64,000 nucleotides of DNA from Squalus acanthias (lineage: Eukaryota), in assembly GCA_030390025.1 (NCBI GenBank), contig CM059432.1, positions 117,182,001-117,246,000 on the forward strand, read 5' to 3'. Position numbers and translations under genes: made by a program. Below are positions 1 through 13,027 of the stretch, piece by piece (the first letter of the stretch is position 1; every line of letters begins with the position of its first letter). The notes under the pieces were generated by a model that worked only from the letters and a program-made list of their open reading frames with translations, did no database searches and had not been told where the DNA came from.

Positions 1-167
1 ATCTGTGTTTTATGCGTAACAAAATTGCAAGCCGCTTCTTTACAGACAGATTTAGAATTAATTTATACATAGTGCACAGAGGAGATCTTGGCCCAGTGTT
101 ACTGTAGCACTCACTCGCTCGGATGCAAAAATACAGAATATATAATTTGATGTTGTATTCATTTATT

Positions 168-308
168 TTTAAAAACGGCCACTAGCAATCAGTGCCACGG
201 AGCTGGGATGAATCCAGATTCAAGCCCTGCTTCATTCAGCTCCCAATCGCATAGCGGAGGGGACTGAGTGGAAGCTGTGGCATCTCCAGCATGGGCTAGG
301 GAAAACTG
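168..308. repeat. Left arm of a diverged ~135-bp inverted repeat pair (partner 1157-1284)
   Basis: gccactagcaatcagtgccac...gggatgaat...ccctgcttcat...cccaatc...ggaggggact...gtggaagctgtgg...agggaaaactg recurs as a reverse complement at 1157-1284. Confidence 0.85.
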
Positions 309-639
309 GGAAGGGTAAGAGCAATTTCTGTTGCCTCCTCGACAACTATATGGGGCATTGACAGTAGCCTGTACCAGCCCTCTCGGCTGAGCCAGACAAA
401 GACTAGATTTTATCTCGGTGGGAAACCGTTCTGGCGAGTTAATTTCCCAGAGGAAGGAGGAGGCCAATGATGATTGTAGCCACCAAGCCTGCAACAGGCA
501 GGAAGAGGGCACAGAGCACTCCTGCTCCTCCGTATCCCCCAAAGCAAATCCTCAACTCGCCTGGAGAGCCTCTTCCTCCTTCCCACGAGTTCCCAACCTG
601 CTTCAGCCTAGTGGGAAAGCTGCTGTGTGATCCCTGCTC

Positions 640-862
640 AACCCCCGGTTAAGATCCCATTGGGATCCTATTGAAGTAATAAGACCCTGATTTGCATTAA
701 TTAAACAGGCTCCTGCCACGTTTCGCGGGCACCTCATCCATCAGCAGGTTTATATTGGAGACGGCGGGAGACAGTCGAGTTCTGAGCAGGTAAGTAACCT
801 GCTTGTTTTTAATTGTGCACCTACCTCTTTTCCTTTAGGTGAGTAGGGTTAAAATCGACCCC
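640..862. mobile_element. Right part of a non-autonomous Harbinger-type element
   Basis: Ends in ttaaaatcgacccc, similar to the termini of the element at 13840-14592; left end not located. Confidence 0.45.
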
Positions 863-1156
863 AAAGAAAGGGAGATGAAAATATGAAAAAATAATGAAAA
901 CTAATGAAATTAAAATTACTTTTTTTTTTTACATACAGGCACAAAGATAATTAACTTACTTGTATTATCATGTGATGAACTGCAATAAGAATGTCCAAAA
1001 GTGACTTTCCCTGTTTGAAATGCTAGTGGTAAGCTTGTCCCATCAGTACAGTACAGGTTGCTATGTTACATCTCTCATTGATTTTAAGGGGAAATATAAT
1101 GATTATATTGTAGTGGAAGTTGCCAATGACCGTTAGATAAACATTGTTACATCTAA

Positions 1157-1284
1157 CAGTTTTCCCTGCCCCACAGCTTCCACAGAGTCCCCTCCACTTC
1201 AAGATTGGGAACTAGATGAAGCAGGGTCTGAACTTGCATTCATCCCAACTTTGTGGCATTGATTGCTAGTGGCAGCTTTTTAAA
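1157..1284. repeat. Right arm of the inverted repeat pair (partner 168-308)
   Basis: Reverse-complement similarity to 168-308. Confidence 0.85.
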
Positions 1285-1617
1285 CCATTGCATTCATACC
1301 CACTGTGTAGTGGTGCTGGTCTAACTCTGCAACTGACTGCTTAATCAATTCCAGAATCAGTTTGCTGTATCTGCTCTCCAGGGCCAACATGAGAAAAATT
1401 CAGTCAGACAAAATGAAAGCATACATCTATAAGATGTTAGTTTCCCAAAAGCAAAAGCAATAAATAAAATCCTATTAACTGCAGCATTCTGACAAGACAG
1501 CGCCAGCACTGACACACTGCTGCTCTGTTTTCAGATGTTAAAATCATCTCTGGAATTACGAAGACTGTTTCTGTAATTTTCACTGGGGCTTTCATTATTT
1601 TACAATAATGCCAACAC

Positions 1618-1800
1618 TGACAACTTGCACTTCTATGACACTGTTACTGTAGAAAAATATCCAAGGTGCTTCACCGAGAAATAAGGAAAAATGGACGCTG
1701 AGGCAAATAAGGAGAGATTAGGAGGGGTGACCCAAAGCTTGATCAAAGAGATGGCTTTCAAGGAGGGTCTTAAAGGTGGACAGGGAAGTGGAGAGGAGAT
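1618..1800 (-). mobile_element. Decayed L2 LINE 3' end
   Basis: Similar to the L2 3' end beginning at 3275; minus-strand frame ends FKTLLESHLFDQALGHPS. Confidence 0.75.
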
Positions 1801-2069
1801 AGTGGAGAGTCCCCGGACTCCCCAGATGTACCGCCCACTTCGGGGCTTGCACGTACCATACCCGCACTCCCTTTAAAATCAGGTTCTTAGTATCTAATCC
1901 AACTGCAATCACAGTGCAGAAGCTAACTTGACATTGTGACATTTCATACATTTTGCTGATGAAAAAAAAATGGATCAAAGTCAGAGTCAGAATATTCAAG
2001 AAATTACCGGTCAACAGTTTTTGCACCTTGGTTCAGGACCAGTTCATGGGGTGGTTAGCTGCAGAGTAA

Positions 2070-2228
2070 AGTTCCCACATATGGTTGACTCTTAACTGCT
2101 CTCTGAAATGGCCTAGAAAGCCACTCATTTGTCAAGAAGGAGGCCACCTTCTCAAGAGCAATCAGGGATGGGCAACAAATGCTGGTCTTACCAACGTTGC
2201 CCACATCCCAAGTACAAATTAAAAAAAA
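2070..2228 (+). mobile_element. Non-LTR retrotransposon 3' end fragment
   Basis: gggatgggcaacaaatgctgg...ttgcccacatccc stem-loop followed by an A-rich tail. Confidence 0.5.
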
Positions 2229-2784
2229 CTTACTAAATTAGTGCTTAAATATGGCTAGTCTTATGCTGAGGATTTGTGTCCAATAGATTCTGGATTGATA
2301 AAGTTGAAACCAATTTCACATGGGATCTTTACAGAAACCAATAGGGGCGCTTTCATCAAATGGGTTTGGGTTGGTCCAGAGGTTAAAGCTCAGTGGGACC
2401 AAAATTCCACAGCCCTTCTGGTGCACTTCTACTGGAAGTGCCTGCAAAGTAGGCCAAGACTTGGATTTGCACAGAGTTTCTGAATGCCTGCCCCTTACAA
2501 GGTCAGTAATGAGAAGGGGGCAGTGGCAGGGCTAGGGGCAGGGACTCCCTACAATGTGAATTCCCACGTGTTCAGCCTCTCAGATCTGGAGTAACAATGG
2601 TGGCTGGTACACTGGGTGAAGAGAAGCGTATCTGCTACTACCTGGCAGAAGTGGGGCCCATCTGGGCATCCAGGCCTGGGTTGAGGCCTAGATCTCTGAC
2701 AGGTCAATGACATTTTTTTAATAATTGTTATTACTGGCCTCCTTACAAAGGCAGTGGAAGGGATGACAAAATCTTTTTTACGGA

Positions 2785-2948
2785 GGGTTTTGATCTGGTT
2801 TTTCGCCTCTTCCCCAGGAGATCCTTTGGCTCCTGGTAGGTAGAGCGTGTCTAATCATGATGCATAAAGCATCATGACTGTGTGGGACAGGCTAGATGGA
2901 CCAGCTAGTCTTTTCCTGACGGACATTTCTGTATGTTTGTCTGTTCGT
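2785..2948 (+). mobile_element. CR1-type 3' UTR fragment
   Basis: gactgtgtgggacaggctagatggaccag...tgtatgtt tail; inverted relative at ~5873-6245. Confidence 0.6.
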
Positions 2949-3274
2949 AGGACAGGCAGCAGACACCAGACTGTCCAGCTTTTGTGGGCTGTCAGGCACC
3001 AGAGTTGCATTCCTAGTGGCACAGGTGGCTGCCATGAATATTTAAATGACAGCACCTCCCACTGACCCTGCACATGCTGTGTAATTACTGAGATCGCATC
3101 CAAGAGGATTTTCAGGGCAATTGTTCTAACACACTGCACCACCCATCCTTCACACACAGAAAAACATTGGAAATGAGATTTGCTAGTAACTGACATCTTT
3201 TAAAGAGCTACCAAGTTTATGCCCAGCGAGGTAGTATAACCGGAGAACCACTAATCGTCACAATAATGTCACAC

Positions 3275-4370
3275 AATAACAACAACTTGTATTTATATAG
3301 CGCCTTTAACATAGTAAAACGTCCCAAGGTGCTTCACAGGAGTGTTATAAGACAAAAAACTTGAGACCGAGTCACATAAGGAGAAATTAGGGCAGGTGAC
3401 CAAAAGCTTGGTCAAAGAGGTAGGTTTTAAGGAGCGTCTTAAAGGAGGAAAGAGAGGTAGTGAGGCGGAGAGATTTAGGGAGGGAATTCCAGAGCTTAGG
3501 GCCTAGGCAACAGAAGGCACGGCCACCAATGATTGAGCGATTATTATCAGGGATGCTCAAGAGGGCAGAATTAGAGGAGCGCAGATATCTCGGGGGGTTG
3601 TGGAGCTGAAGGAGATTACAGAGATAGGGAGGGGCTAGGCCATGGAGGGATTTGAAAACAAGGATGAGAATTTTGAAATCGAGGCATTGCTTAACCGGGA
3701 GCCAATGTAGGTCAGCGAGCACAGGGGTGATGGGTGAATGGGACTTGGTGCGAGTCAGGACACGGGCAGCCGAGTTTTGGATGACCTCAAGTTTACGTAG
3801 GGTAGAATGTGGGAGTTGGCCAGGAGTGCTTTGGAATAGTCAAGTCTAGAGGTAACAAAGGCATGGATGAGGGTTTCAGCAGCAGATGAGCTGAGGCAAG
3901 GGTGGAGATGGATAATGTTATGGAGGTGGACATAGGCGGTCTTAGTTATGCTGTGGATATGTGGTAGGAAGCTCTTTTCAGGGTCAAATATGACACCAAG
4001 TTTGCGAACAGTGTGGTTCAGCCTCAGCCAGATGTTAGGGAGAGGTATGGAGTCGGTGCCTAGGAAACGGAGTTTGTGGCGGGGACTGAAAACAATGGCT
4101 TCGGTCTTCCCACTATATAGTTGGAGAAAATTTCTGCTCATCCAGAATTGGATGTCGGACAAGCAGTCTGACAATTTAGGAACCGTGGAGGGGTCGAGAG
4201 AAGTGGTAGTGAGGTAGAGCTGTGTGTCGTCAGCATACATGTGGAAACTGACGCTGTGTTTTCAGATGATGTCGCCAAGGGCCAGCATGTAGATGAGAAA
4301 TAGGAGGGGGCCAAGGATAGATCCTTGGGGGACACCCGAGGTGACGATGCGGAAACAGGAAGAGAAGCCG
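3275..4370 (-). mobile_element. L2 LINE, 5'-truncated (RT C-terminal part and 3' UTR), frameshifted
   Basis: YADDTQLY, HAFVTSRLDY, LHWLPV and FKTLLKTYLF motifs; short TTG-repeat tail. Confidence 0.95.
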
Positions 4371-4967
4371 GGACGAGCAGTGGACACAGTATAATTTCAT
4401 TTAAACGTGCAAGGGGCTATTTAAATGAATTAACATATCACAATGAAAGCCTTGTACGGAACAGGCAAGAGGACTTGAGAAGGCAAAATAGATGCCTGCT
4501 CAATTTCTTCGCTCTGGTATGCTATTATTCACCTATGGAACCGATCACACCAGCCTGATATTCTGCTCTATTGTTTTAGCTTGAAGCATCTTTTAGAACA
4601 TATTCTAGGTGGTAATTGTGTGGTACAGGGGCTATGACTGCATTAAAGAAACTGTGGTACTTTTCATCGCTCTGCTTAGTTGTTTGAGTTTCTTTCAAAG
4701 GAAATAGTTACCTGAAGGAAAACTATAATAAACCTCCCTTCTATCACCGTGCTCCACTCCCCGGTCCTGCCTGTCTCCAGTCACCAACACTCCCTCCCCC
4801 ATCCCGCCCACCCCCCCCTTACTGTGCTCCGCTCCCCAGTTGTCGCCCCCATGTTCTCCAAACTCCTGTTGTGTGTCATTCCCCATCCCCCTGTATCCCA
4901 TAGCCTAGCATCACATGATGTTTCATTTCCTGCCCCGCCCCCATTGGATTGTGCTCCCTAGTTCTAA

Positions 4968-5430
4968 AAACATAAGAACATAAGAAATAGGAGCAGGAGT
5001 AGGCCATACGGCCCCTCGAGCCTGTGCCGCCATTCAATAAGATCATGGCTGATCATCAACCTCAACTTCACTTTCCCGCCCAATCTCCATATCCCTTGAT
5101 TCCCTTAGAGTTCAAAAATCTATCTATCTGAGCCTTGAATATACTCAAAGACTCAGCATTCACAGCCCTCTGGGACAGAGAATTCCAAAGATTCACAAAC
5201 CTCTGAGTGAAGAAATTCCTCCTCATCTCAGTCTTAAATGGCCGACCCCTTAGCCTGAGACTATGCCCCCTAGTTCTAGACACTCCAGCCAGGGGAAACA
5301 ACCTCTCAGCATCTACCCTGTAAATCCCCCTCAGTATCTTATATGTTTCAATAAGATCACCTCTCATTCTTCTAAACTCCAGAGAGTATAGGCCCATTCT
5401 ACACAATCTTTCATCATAGGACAGCCCTCT
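4968..5430 (-). mobile_element. CR1 LINE 3' fragment
   Basis: LYSLEFRRMRGDLIETYKI...RTRGHSL...RRNFFTQR..NLWNSL; ttcttatg tail. Confidence 0.95.
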
Positions 5431-5872
5431 CTATTGTGCTCTGCTTCTTGGCCACTCCTCCTCTGCCTTCCCTCCCCACCCACTGTACTCCACTCCCTGA
5501 CCACTCCCTGTCTGAGAATGGGACCATGTTGACCACATTCCAGACCCCCGAATACCCATGAGCAAGGCAATAATAAGCTAATTCTCATAATTGTTATTGG
5601 ACTCTGCCAATCCCCCTCCCCAAAAAACGAACATTATTCAAATATTATTATCGTTCGCTGCTCTACAATAAAAGACACTCATGTAAAAGCTTCAAAACGT
5701 TCCAGTGCAAGGCAAGCTGGGGGTCTGGTGTGTGACAACATATTCACCCACATGTTCACTTAAAGTAATGATAAAGGAGATGCATAAGTAAGAAGCCATG
5801 ATCTGAGATGGATCCGACGAGTAGTGTGGAAAGCATTGTTGTACAGCCTAAGCTATCAGTTTGAACATTTGA

Positions 5873-6245
5873 ATATATGAACATATGAAAATCACAGACA
5901 GGAACAGACCTGCTGGTCCATACAGCATGTCCCACACAGTTGTGATGCCTTATGGATCCCAGTGTGTTCTCCTGGGAGAGGCAAAAACACAGACTAAATG
6001 GAAAGTTCCTCTCCAACTCCATGAAGCAATCAAAACCAGTCCAGGAGACCAAATAGATTTTGATTTATATTGCAGGATACCTACCTCTTGTATGAGGTGA
6101 TCTCCGCCCCAGCCAGAAACAGGTTCAACTCTCGCTTGAAGGAATTCAGCGGATCAGTATTCACCACACAAGACGGCAGGTCTATTGTTCTCTGGGAAAT
6201 CAAGAACCGCCTGGCATCTAACCTAGTTCTGCCCTTACATAACTT
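5873..6245 (-). mobile_element. Older CR1-type 3' fragment
   Basis: Same 3' UTR family as 2785-2948, plus decayed ORF2 end. Confidence 0.6.
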
Positions 6246-6289
6246 GTAAGCGTGAAAGATTTATATATTACCTGAGATTCTTTTGGCAG

Positions 6290-6484
6290 TGCAGTGAATG
6301 AATGTAGCCCTGACTGTAAGAGTGTTAATCAAGTGATGATGCAGGAGAATTCACTGCTGCAATCCGACTCATTGACAGCAAGAGAATTATCAAAACTAAC
6401 AACAGCAATACTGACCAGCGCAGGACAACTAAATACTCCGGCTAAGCAGCTCAGTACCGCAGTTAATCTAAAAACGCCATTAAA
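6290..6484 (+). CDS. Candidate internal coding exon of an unidentified host gene (AVNECSPDCKSVNQVMMQENSLLQSDSLTARELSKLTTAILTSAGQLNTPAKQLSTAVNLKTPL)
   Basis: Unique sequence; acceptor ttcttttggcag, donor AAA|gtgagg, 195 nt (multiple of 3), no stop; protein not recognised. Confidence 0.4.
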
Positions 6485-6678
6485 GTGAGGAAGTGTGAAG
6501 CTTAGTATAAACACAGCTTTGCAACCCAAGCCAGATCCAGTAAACAACATAACGAGAAAGTTGAGGAGACAGTGCTGCACAGGCTAGCAGCTCCTTAGTT
6601 AAACTCAGGAAATAATGCTAGGAGGCAGGTGTTCACAATGAGAAAAGCACGTGATAAGCTGAGGTTAAAGGAGCACTT

Positions 6679-7975
6679 GGGGCTAATTTAGGCCTTGTAG
6701 CACCCGTCTTTTAGGCGCTACACGGCCACATTAAGATTGAAAATGGGGTCCGAGATGCACGCGTGCACTTCCGATGGGAAGAGCGCAGGACGCCATCTTA
6801 GTAAAGGGGTTTGCGTGTGGGCGCCTAATGACCACCTGCAGCATGTAGAGCAGTGAGATGATAATGCCAATCAGTGTGCAATGCTGATTTGACGCCAGCT
6901 TTGCTGTTTTTGAACTCCACACTCTAGCCACCGCCCTGTCTTATCCTCGCACAGCTAAATGCAACGTTCAATGGAATGAAGGACCCCCCACCAGCGCTAT
7001 TTAAAGGGATCGTGAACTACTTCCAGGTTAGTTGCTGGAATATTTCTTCTGGCTGCTGGTGCAATTGTATGTGTTTTTGAAGCTTTCTTATACTACAGGG
7101 TCTGGCTGATGCTGAAGTACTTTTTTGTTCATTTAAAAGCTTGTGTTGAAACAAGTTGCTTCCAGACATGGGTGACCTGGTAGGGCTTCCTCTGGGAATT
7201 GACCATGACTGGGAGAATGAAGAGAGGCCACGCAGAGCAGGACAAGTTGCTGGAAGAGGGAGGAGGCGTGGGGGGCGGGGAGGGAAGAAGGGCTCTCAGC
7301 AGGAGGCCATATCCGCAAAGGGTCTTTAGGGAGCAATTCTCTTATCTCAACTTCAATGAGGACCAATGCTTGCAACATCTTCGCTTCACTAAAGAGGTTG
7401 TGACTGAAATCTGCCAACTGCTGTAGCCGCAACTGCAGCCTCAAGGCGGGGCAAGGACAGCATTGCCTGTGGCTGTCAAGGTGACCGTGGCTCTTAACTT
7501 CTATGCGTTTGGTTCCTTCCAGGCTGCTGCTGGAGATATAAGCAACATCTCTCAGTTTGCAGTGCACTGCTGCATAAGGGACGTCACTGAGGGTCTCTAT
7601 ACACAGAGAGAGACAGTTTAATCTCATTCCCTCTTGCCAGAGACAAGCAGAGAGAGCACAAAGGTTTGCACGGATTGCAGGTTTCTCCATGGTGCATGGT
7701 GCCATTGAGTGCATGCACATTGCCTTGTGTGCACCTCATATACACTCTGCCATTTTCATCAACCAAAAGGAATTCTACTCCCTCAATGTGCAGCTGGTGT
7801 GCGACCACAGGCAGTGCATCGTGCAGGTGAATGCCCGATATCCTGGCATTAGTCACGATTCCTCCCTTCTGTGGCAGTCCTCTGTTCCACCTGTATTTGA
7901 ACCGCCACGGCAAGTCAAAGGCTGGCTACTGGGTGACAAGGGTTGTCCACTCATGACATGGCTCATGACGCCGGC
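6679..7975 (+). mobile_element. PIF/Harbinger fragment with disrupted HARBI1-type transposase (~7168-7975)
   Basis: GGGGCTAATTT terminus; RRPYPQRVFR, GAIECMHI, NQKEFYSLNVQLVCD, YPGISHDS and LLGDKG motifs; internal stop and frameshifts. Confidence 0.9.
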
Positions 7976-9889
7976 CCGTTCTGCTTTTTTTCTCTCACGA
8001 TGAATTTACGTGCAAGTGATAAAATGACACATTTCAACATTAATGTCATTGTTTCTGCTATGTATTTGGGTAAAAAAACGGAAAAAGGGGATCAAAATTC
8101 CTGAAGCCTTGCTCTGCTGCCACAAGTGTGCTGGGGCAGCACTTCCATTTCTTCATGCCCTGCCCTCATCCCAAATCACAGGGATGAGCATTAGGGATGG
8201 TCAGTTGTTCCATTATCTCAGCTCCTGTCACACTTGTCCTGTGGAGCTAGTGGGATTTCAGAGCAGTATCTTGCCACTTCATGGAGGTTGGTCTAGTGTA
8301 AGTCTCAAAACTATAGCCTGCCACTATCCGAACAGCAATCAGTCTCTCTTGGACCAATTGTCATTTGGATACAGGAATGAGGTGCCTACTATACAGGCCT
8401 CGCACAGCAAGTAAGCCTGCTTCATGCTCACTGATAATCATGGGATGGGCAAAACTGGTGGAATTTCTGGGGAAGCTTGGCATCCTAACCGCCCCTGCCT
8501 CCAAAACTGATGGCATGATGGAGGGAAGTGGTCAGAAGGTGTGCCAGTACACCCCCTCCCAGTTTGGAATTTCTCATCGCTGCCAGTAAAGGGCAGGAAT
8601 GGATTCCGACCGACATCTTACCCCTCTGCTCCCACTGCACTGAGATTTTGCTGCCTCTCCTCAAAAAATGCAGCAATATCAGGGTTAAATTCCGTTACTA
8701 AACACTTGTTGGTTTATAATGACAATTCACACACAGAGGTTACTAATGACAGATGGCATAAGATTGGAATGGACAACCAGGGGCTGGAGATCGCTCTTAC
8801 CAGATCTCCATCCATGTGCTCCACCTGTGGTCTTCTGGCTGGCCTTTTTAGGCCACCTAAGGTGCTATCACACAGAACCTGTGGGAACTCTATTTTAATA
8901 TTACAGTGAATGTTAATGAGATATAAATCAGCGGAGAAATGATTCCCAGATTTTCGCGTAGGAATCGTGCTGTAGACTTAGATTGCACATATAAAATGAA
9001 CGATCAGGGTCGGGCATGTTCTGGGCCTACAGGAAATCAAAGGCCAAAAATGCATGGGTTTGCAATTGCGGTGTAAATAATGGGATGCACCCACTGGGAA
9101 TTCTCTGGGGTCTGGAAGAGATTCCTCATTCCCACATTATTGGCGACACCCCCACTACTACGCCTGCATCTCAGACACCTACCGTAGAAGGGAAGTCGGC
9201 AATGTTGCGTAGGCAAGCCATTGCAGGATGGATACTGCCCCCATGAAACATTACCCCTGGCAACCCCACGGGTTCCCCATTTAGTGGTTGAATAAAAAAG
9301 AAACTTGAAAATAATCTTTCAGGAGTTCTGGCCAGGACTCAGATCTGCATCCCCTGGTAGGCCCTACTTCCTCTGCAGGACATGCTGGTCAGTGCATCTC
9401 ATTCATTTGGGCATATCATCCGCTGGACTACTTGCAGGCCAAGTCCGGGGAAATTCCCAGATTGAGAACACCTTCCTCCTAGCCACATCTCCTGTGACAC
9501 CAGGGGACATGTTTGGGGTGGACAAAGGTTCTGCTCTAAACAGCTGCTCCCTGCCCCCCAAACATTTGGCATTGAGGTTGGGACCTGGTGTACGTGTGTC
9601 CCAGCCCAATTTGTGGGCCTTACATTGCACTGCCTATGGTTTACTGCCAGGTGTGTGTTGTTCAGGTTCACAAATTCAGGGCCTCACTATTTAAAGGGCT
9701 GCTGCTGCATGTTTATTTGGAGCACGTATGAAAGTGGACTTGGGCTGGTGAGGGCTGTGTTTTGTATTTATTTTTTGGCAGGTCATTTATCTTTGAAGAT
9801 TTTTGTCCCAGATTTTTGGCAGCAAGATTTATAAATGCTACAATCCAAATTTTGATCGGGAAATGCCAATGGTTATTTTGTGTTATATG

Positions 9890-10715
9890 GAGAAGGAAGA
9901 AAGAAGTGAAAGGCAGGTTCAATTGTGCATGTGGTGGGCTACCCACATCTACTCTTACCCATGCAGCCCAGGTACACCTACCTGGATTTGTCTGAGAAAA
10001 ACTGCCTTTGTTCCCACTTCACCACAAGGCGGCAGCGGAGTTGTGCTATCTGCTTGAATCCGACCTGCAAACAATGTCCATTAGTGGGATGGCACTGCAA
10101 GTGACTGTCAAGGTCACCACAATCCTGGACTATTGGCTCCTTCCAGGCTACTACAACGTTAGTCAATCCACCACACACGTGTATCAAGCAGATTACTGAT
10201 GTGTTATTTGCCAGGGCAAACAGCCTTACCATTTTTCCCCTGGAAACTCAGGAGTAGAATGAGAGGGTCTTGCAATTCTTTCACCTCACACAATTCCTCA
10301 AAGTCCTGCGGGCTATTGATAGCACCCATGCAGCCTGTACACAATCCCATGACCTTCATGAACTGCAAGAGATTCCATTGCATGAATGTGCAGATGGTCA
10401 GGTACCGCCAACACAAGTTAATACCTAATTCCCAAGTAGCCATCATGATACTTTGATTTTATTACAATCTTCTGTGCCAAGGCTATTTGAAGGAGAATTC
10501 TGACAGCAAGGATGGTTTTAGGAGACCAAAGACAGCCTTTCGAACCCTGATTCATGATACCATTGAGACAGGCATGAACAGCAGCTGAGAAAAGATACAA
10601 TGAGGCCCATCAAGCCAACTAGATCATTATCGAACACACTATAGGAATCTTGTAGCAGCACATCAGATGCCTGGATAGATCACGGCACATCTTACAAATA
10701 CAGCCCTACCAGGCT
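9890..10715 (+). pseudogene. Heavily decayed Harbinger transposase remnant
   Basis: ELCYLLESDLQ..ALQVTVKVT and FMNCKRFHCMNVQMV fragments match the other HARBI1-like copies. Confidence 0.7.
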
Positions 10716-11136
10716 CTCTAATTAACCAATTCAGAACAAGATGCAGCTCTCTAGAATGTTCTGCATGCAGAATAAATCTCCTTGCAATCTCATTCTTACC
10801 CCTCCCTCAGCCTCGTCTCCCCACACACACTGTTTGAACTCTCCACACTGTTTGGCAGCATCTGTGGATTTATTTCAGATTTCCAGCATCCGTAGTATTT
10901 TGCTTCTGTCTCCACAATATTTGTTGCACTGTGAGAATGTCTCAAGCAGTCATTCGTCATTTTCAGTTTTCTATCTACAAAAAAAACTGTGACGGAAATT
11001 TATCTAGAATTCTAGTTTAAATACTTTGAAATTCATTTGAATGAAAACTTTCAACTTGAACATATCGCGGTGAACAAAAGAATTTTTAAGTTATTTTAAC
11101 TTGCCCAAAAGATGGCGAGCTCTGGTGAATTTTTGA

Positions 11137-12073
11137 TAGCCCGGATTTTGCGGTGGCTAATGGCGGCGAAACTGTCAGCGTTCACCGCCATTCCCCCTCT
11201 GAAACTGACCGCACTTCAGGGTTTAGCACATGCGCAGATAAATGCAGAAATCCTGAAGTTGCGGTCAGTCATTCACTGCTCCGACGCAGGCTGCGCCGTT
11301 GGGTTTGCACTTGGTGATTAACAACCTACAAGTGAGCACGAGCAGACACTGGTGGCAGGGACAGAGTCCACGTCAGGGGACATAATCCTCTCCGAGCTTT
11401 ACTCAGCTGGACACAGATGCTGAACCCCGGGGGCTATCGTTGAGAAGGAGGAGGTGCATCAGCAACTTAGCCAGGTACTGATGGACATGCCTTGCTCACT
11501 CGCCACAATAGAGAAGACGATTGGTGGAGCAGGGAATTGCGAGAATGTCTGCCATGGAGAGAGTGGCCGCCTCCGTGGGGCTTCAAGCACGGCTCTCAAA
11601 TGGCCGTGCAGACTTTGGATGTCAACTTGTCTGCCGCCTTAAACAGGACGACAGATACCTTGTCCGTGGCCTTACAATGCGTTATTGAGCCTTCATGAAT
11701 TATACAATGCGAATCAGCCACACGTTTTTACCAATCAATCAATGGGTGAACTCCATTGCAACGAGTGAAGATGATCTGTTAAAGGATCTCTTTTATCTGC
11801 AATCATGTCATAAACAAATAAAAAATCGACAAAAATCGGGTGGCAGCTAATATTTTTGGAGCACGTAGGGCAACTGTTCGGGTCACTCCTTTCTTCCCTG
11901 CTCCCCAACACTGCGAGCGGGAGACAGAGGCGACCTTTGACCTCGTCTGAGATTAGCGCAGCAAAGAGAGCGTTGCGTTAGAAAATCACCGCCAGTGCTG
12001 CCTGCGTTCTCTCGGCCGGCGGCTGTTAGCCTTGGCCGCCACTGTTATCGGCAGGTTTCCCAATTTCTATGCC
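11137..12073. mobile_element. Harbinger-derived remnants (terminal segments, possibly Myb-gene C-terminal pieces)
   Basis: gcccggattttgcgg start and caatttctatgcc end; decayed reading frames at 11330-11700. Confidence 0.35.
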
Positions 12074-12189
12074 ATAGTCTTTATACAACATGTCAAAGCT
12101 GTGTTTGCTTGGCAGACATTCCGATACACTGGTGCAATCTGTGACAAAATCTGTTAAATTACAGATCATCATTGGGTTACTGGTGTGTG

Positions 12190-12883
12190 ACCACACATCC
12201 ATCGCATCACTAAGACTGTCTATTTCCACCTCTGTAACATCGCCCGTCTCTACCCCCTGCCTCAGCTCATCCACTGCTGAAACCCTTATCCATGTCTTTG
12301 CTACCTCTAGACTTGACTATTCCAACGCACTCCTGGCCAGCCTCCCACATTCCACCCTATGTAAACTTGAGGTCATCCAAAACTCGACTGCCCGTGTCCT
12401 AACTCGCACCAAGTCCCGTTCGCCCATCATCTCTCTGCTCGCTGACCTACATTGGCTCCCGGTTAAACAACGTCTCAATTTCAAAATTCTCATCCTTGTT
12501 TTCAAATCCCTCCATGGCCTCGCCCCTCCCTATCTCTGTAATCTCCTTCAGCCCCACAACCCCCCGAGATATCTGCACTCCTCTAATTCTGCCCTCTTGA
12601 GCATCCCTGATTATAATCGCTCAACCATTGGTGGCCGTGCCTTCTGTTGCCTAGGCCCTAAGCTCTGGAATTCCCTCCCTAAACCTCTCCGCCTTTCTAC
12701 CTCTCTTTCCTCCTTGAAGACGCTCCTTAAAACCTACCTCTTTGACCAAGCTTCTGGTCATCTGCCCTAACTTCTCCTTATGTGGCTCAGTGTCAAATGT
12801 TTTGTCTTACAATTCTCCTGTGAAGCGCCTTGGGACATTTTACTACGTTAAAGGCGCTGTATAAATACAAGTTGTTGTTGTTG
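12190..12883 (+). mobile_element. L2 LINE 3' fragment
   Basis: ETLIHVFATSRLDYSNALL...LHWLPV...KTLLKTYLF; same family as 3275-4370 in the opposite orientation; TTG-repeat tail. Confidence 0.95.
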
Positions 12884-13027
12884 TCCATCTAGAGTTGGTG
12901 TAACCACTGCGTGTGAAGGAGAACTTAAAGGGTAAAGGCATCTATTTTGGGTTTTTTTATTTAAATTTTTTCTCGTGGATTTTAAAGATAAAGAAAGAAA
13001 ATCTGCATCAAACATTTAACTCAGTAA

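Noticed and set aside
195..250. SECIS element (ATGA...AA...GA on the minus strand)
   Set aside because: The 3' arm of helix II is far too short, and the GA is not kept in the second copy.
6272..6467. Minus-strand exon with an in-frame TGA (possible selenocysteine)
   Set aside because: It is antisense to a cleaner plus-strand candidate exon; no selenoprotein motif or SECIS is seen.
11735..11778. 44-nt minus-strand exon (IIFTRCNGVHPLIDW)
   Set aside because: Weak donor (gtaaaa), lies among transposon remnants, and no partner exons were identified.
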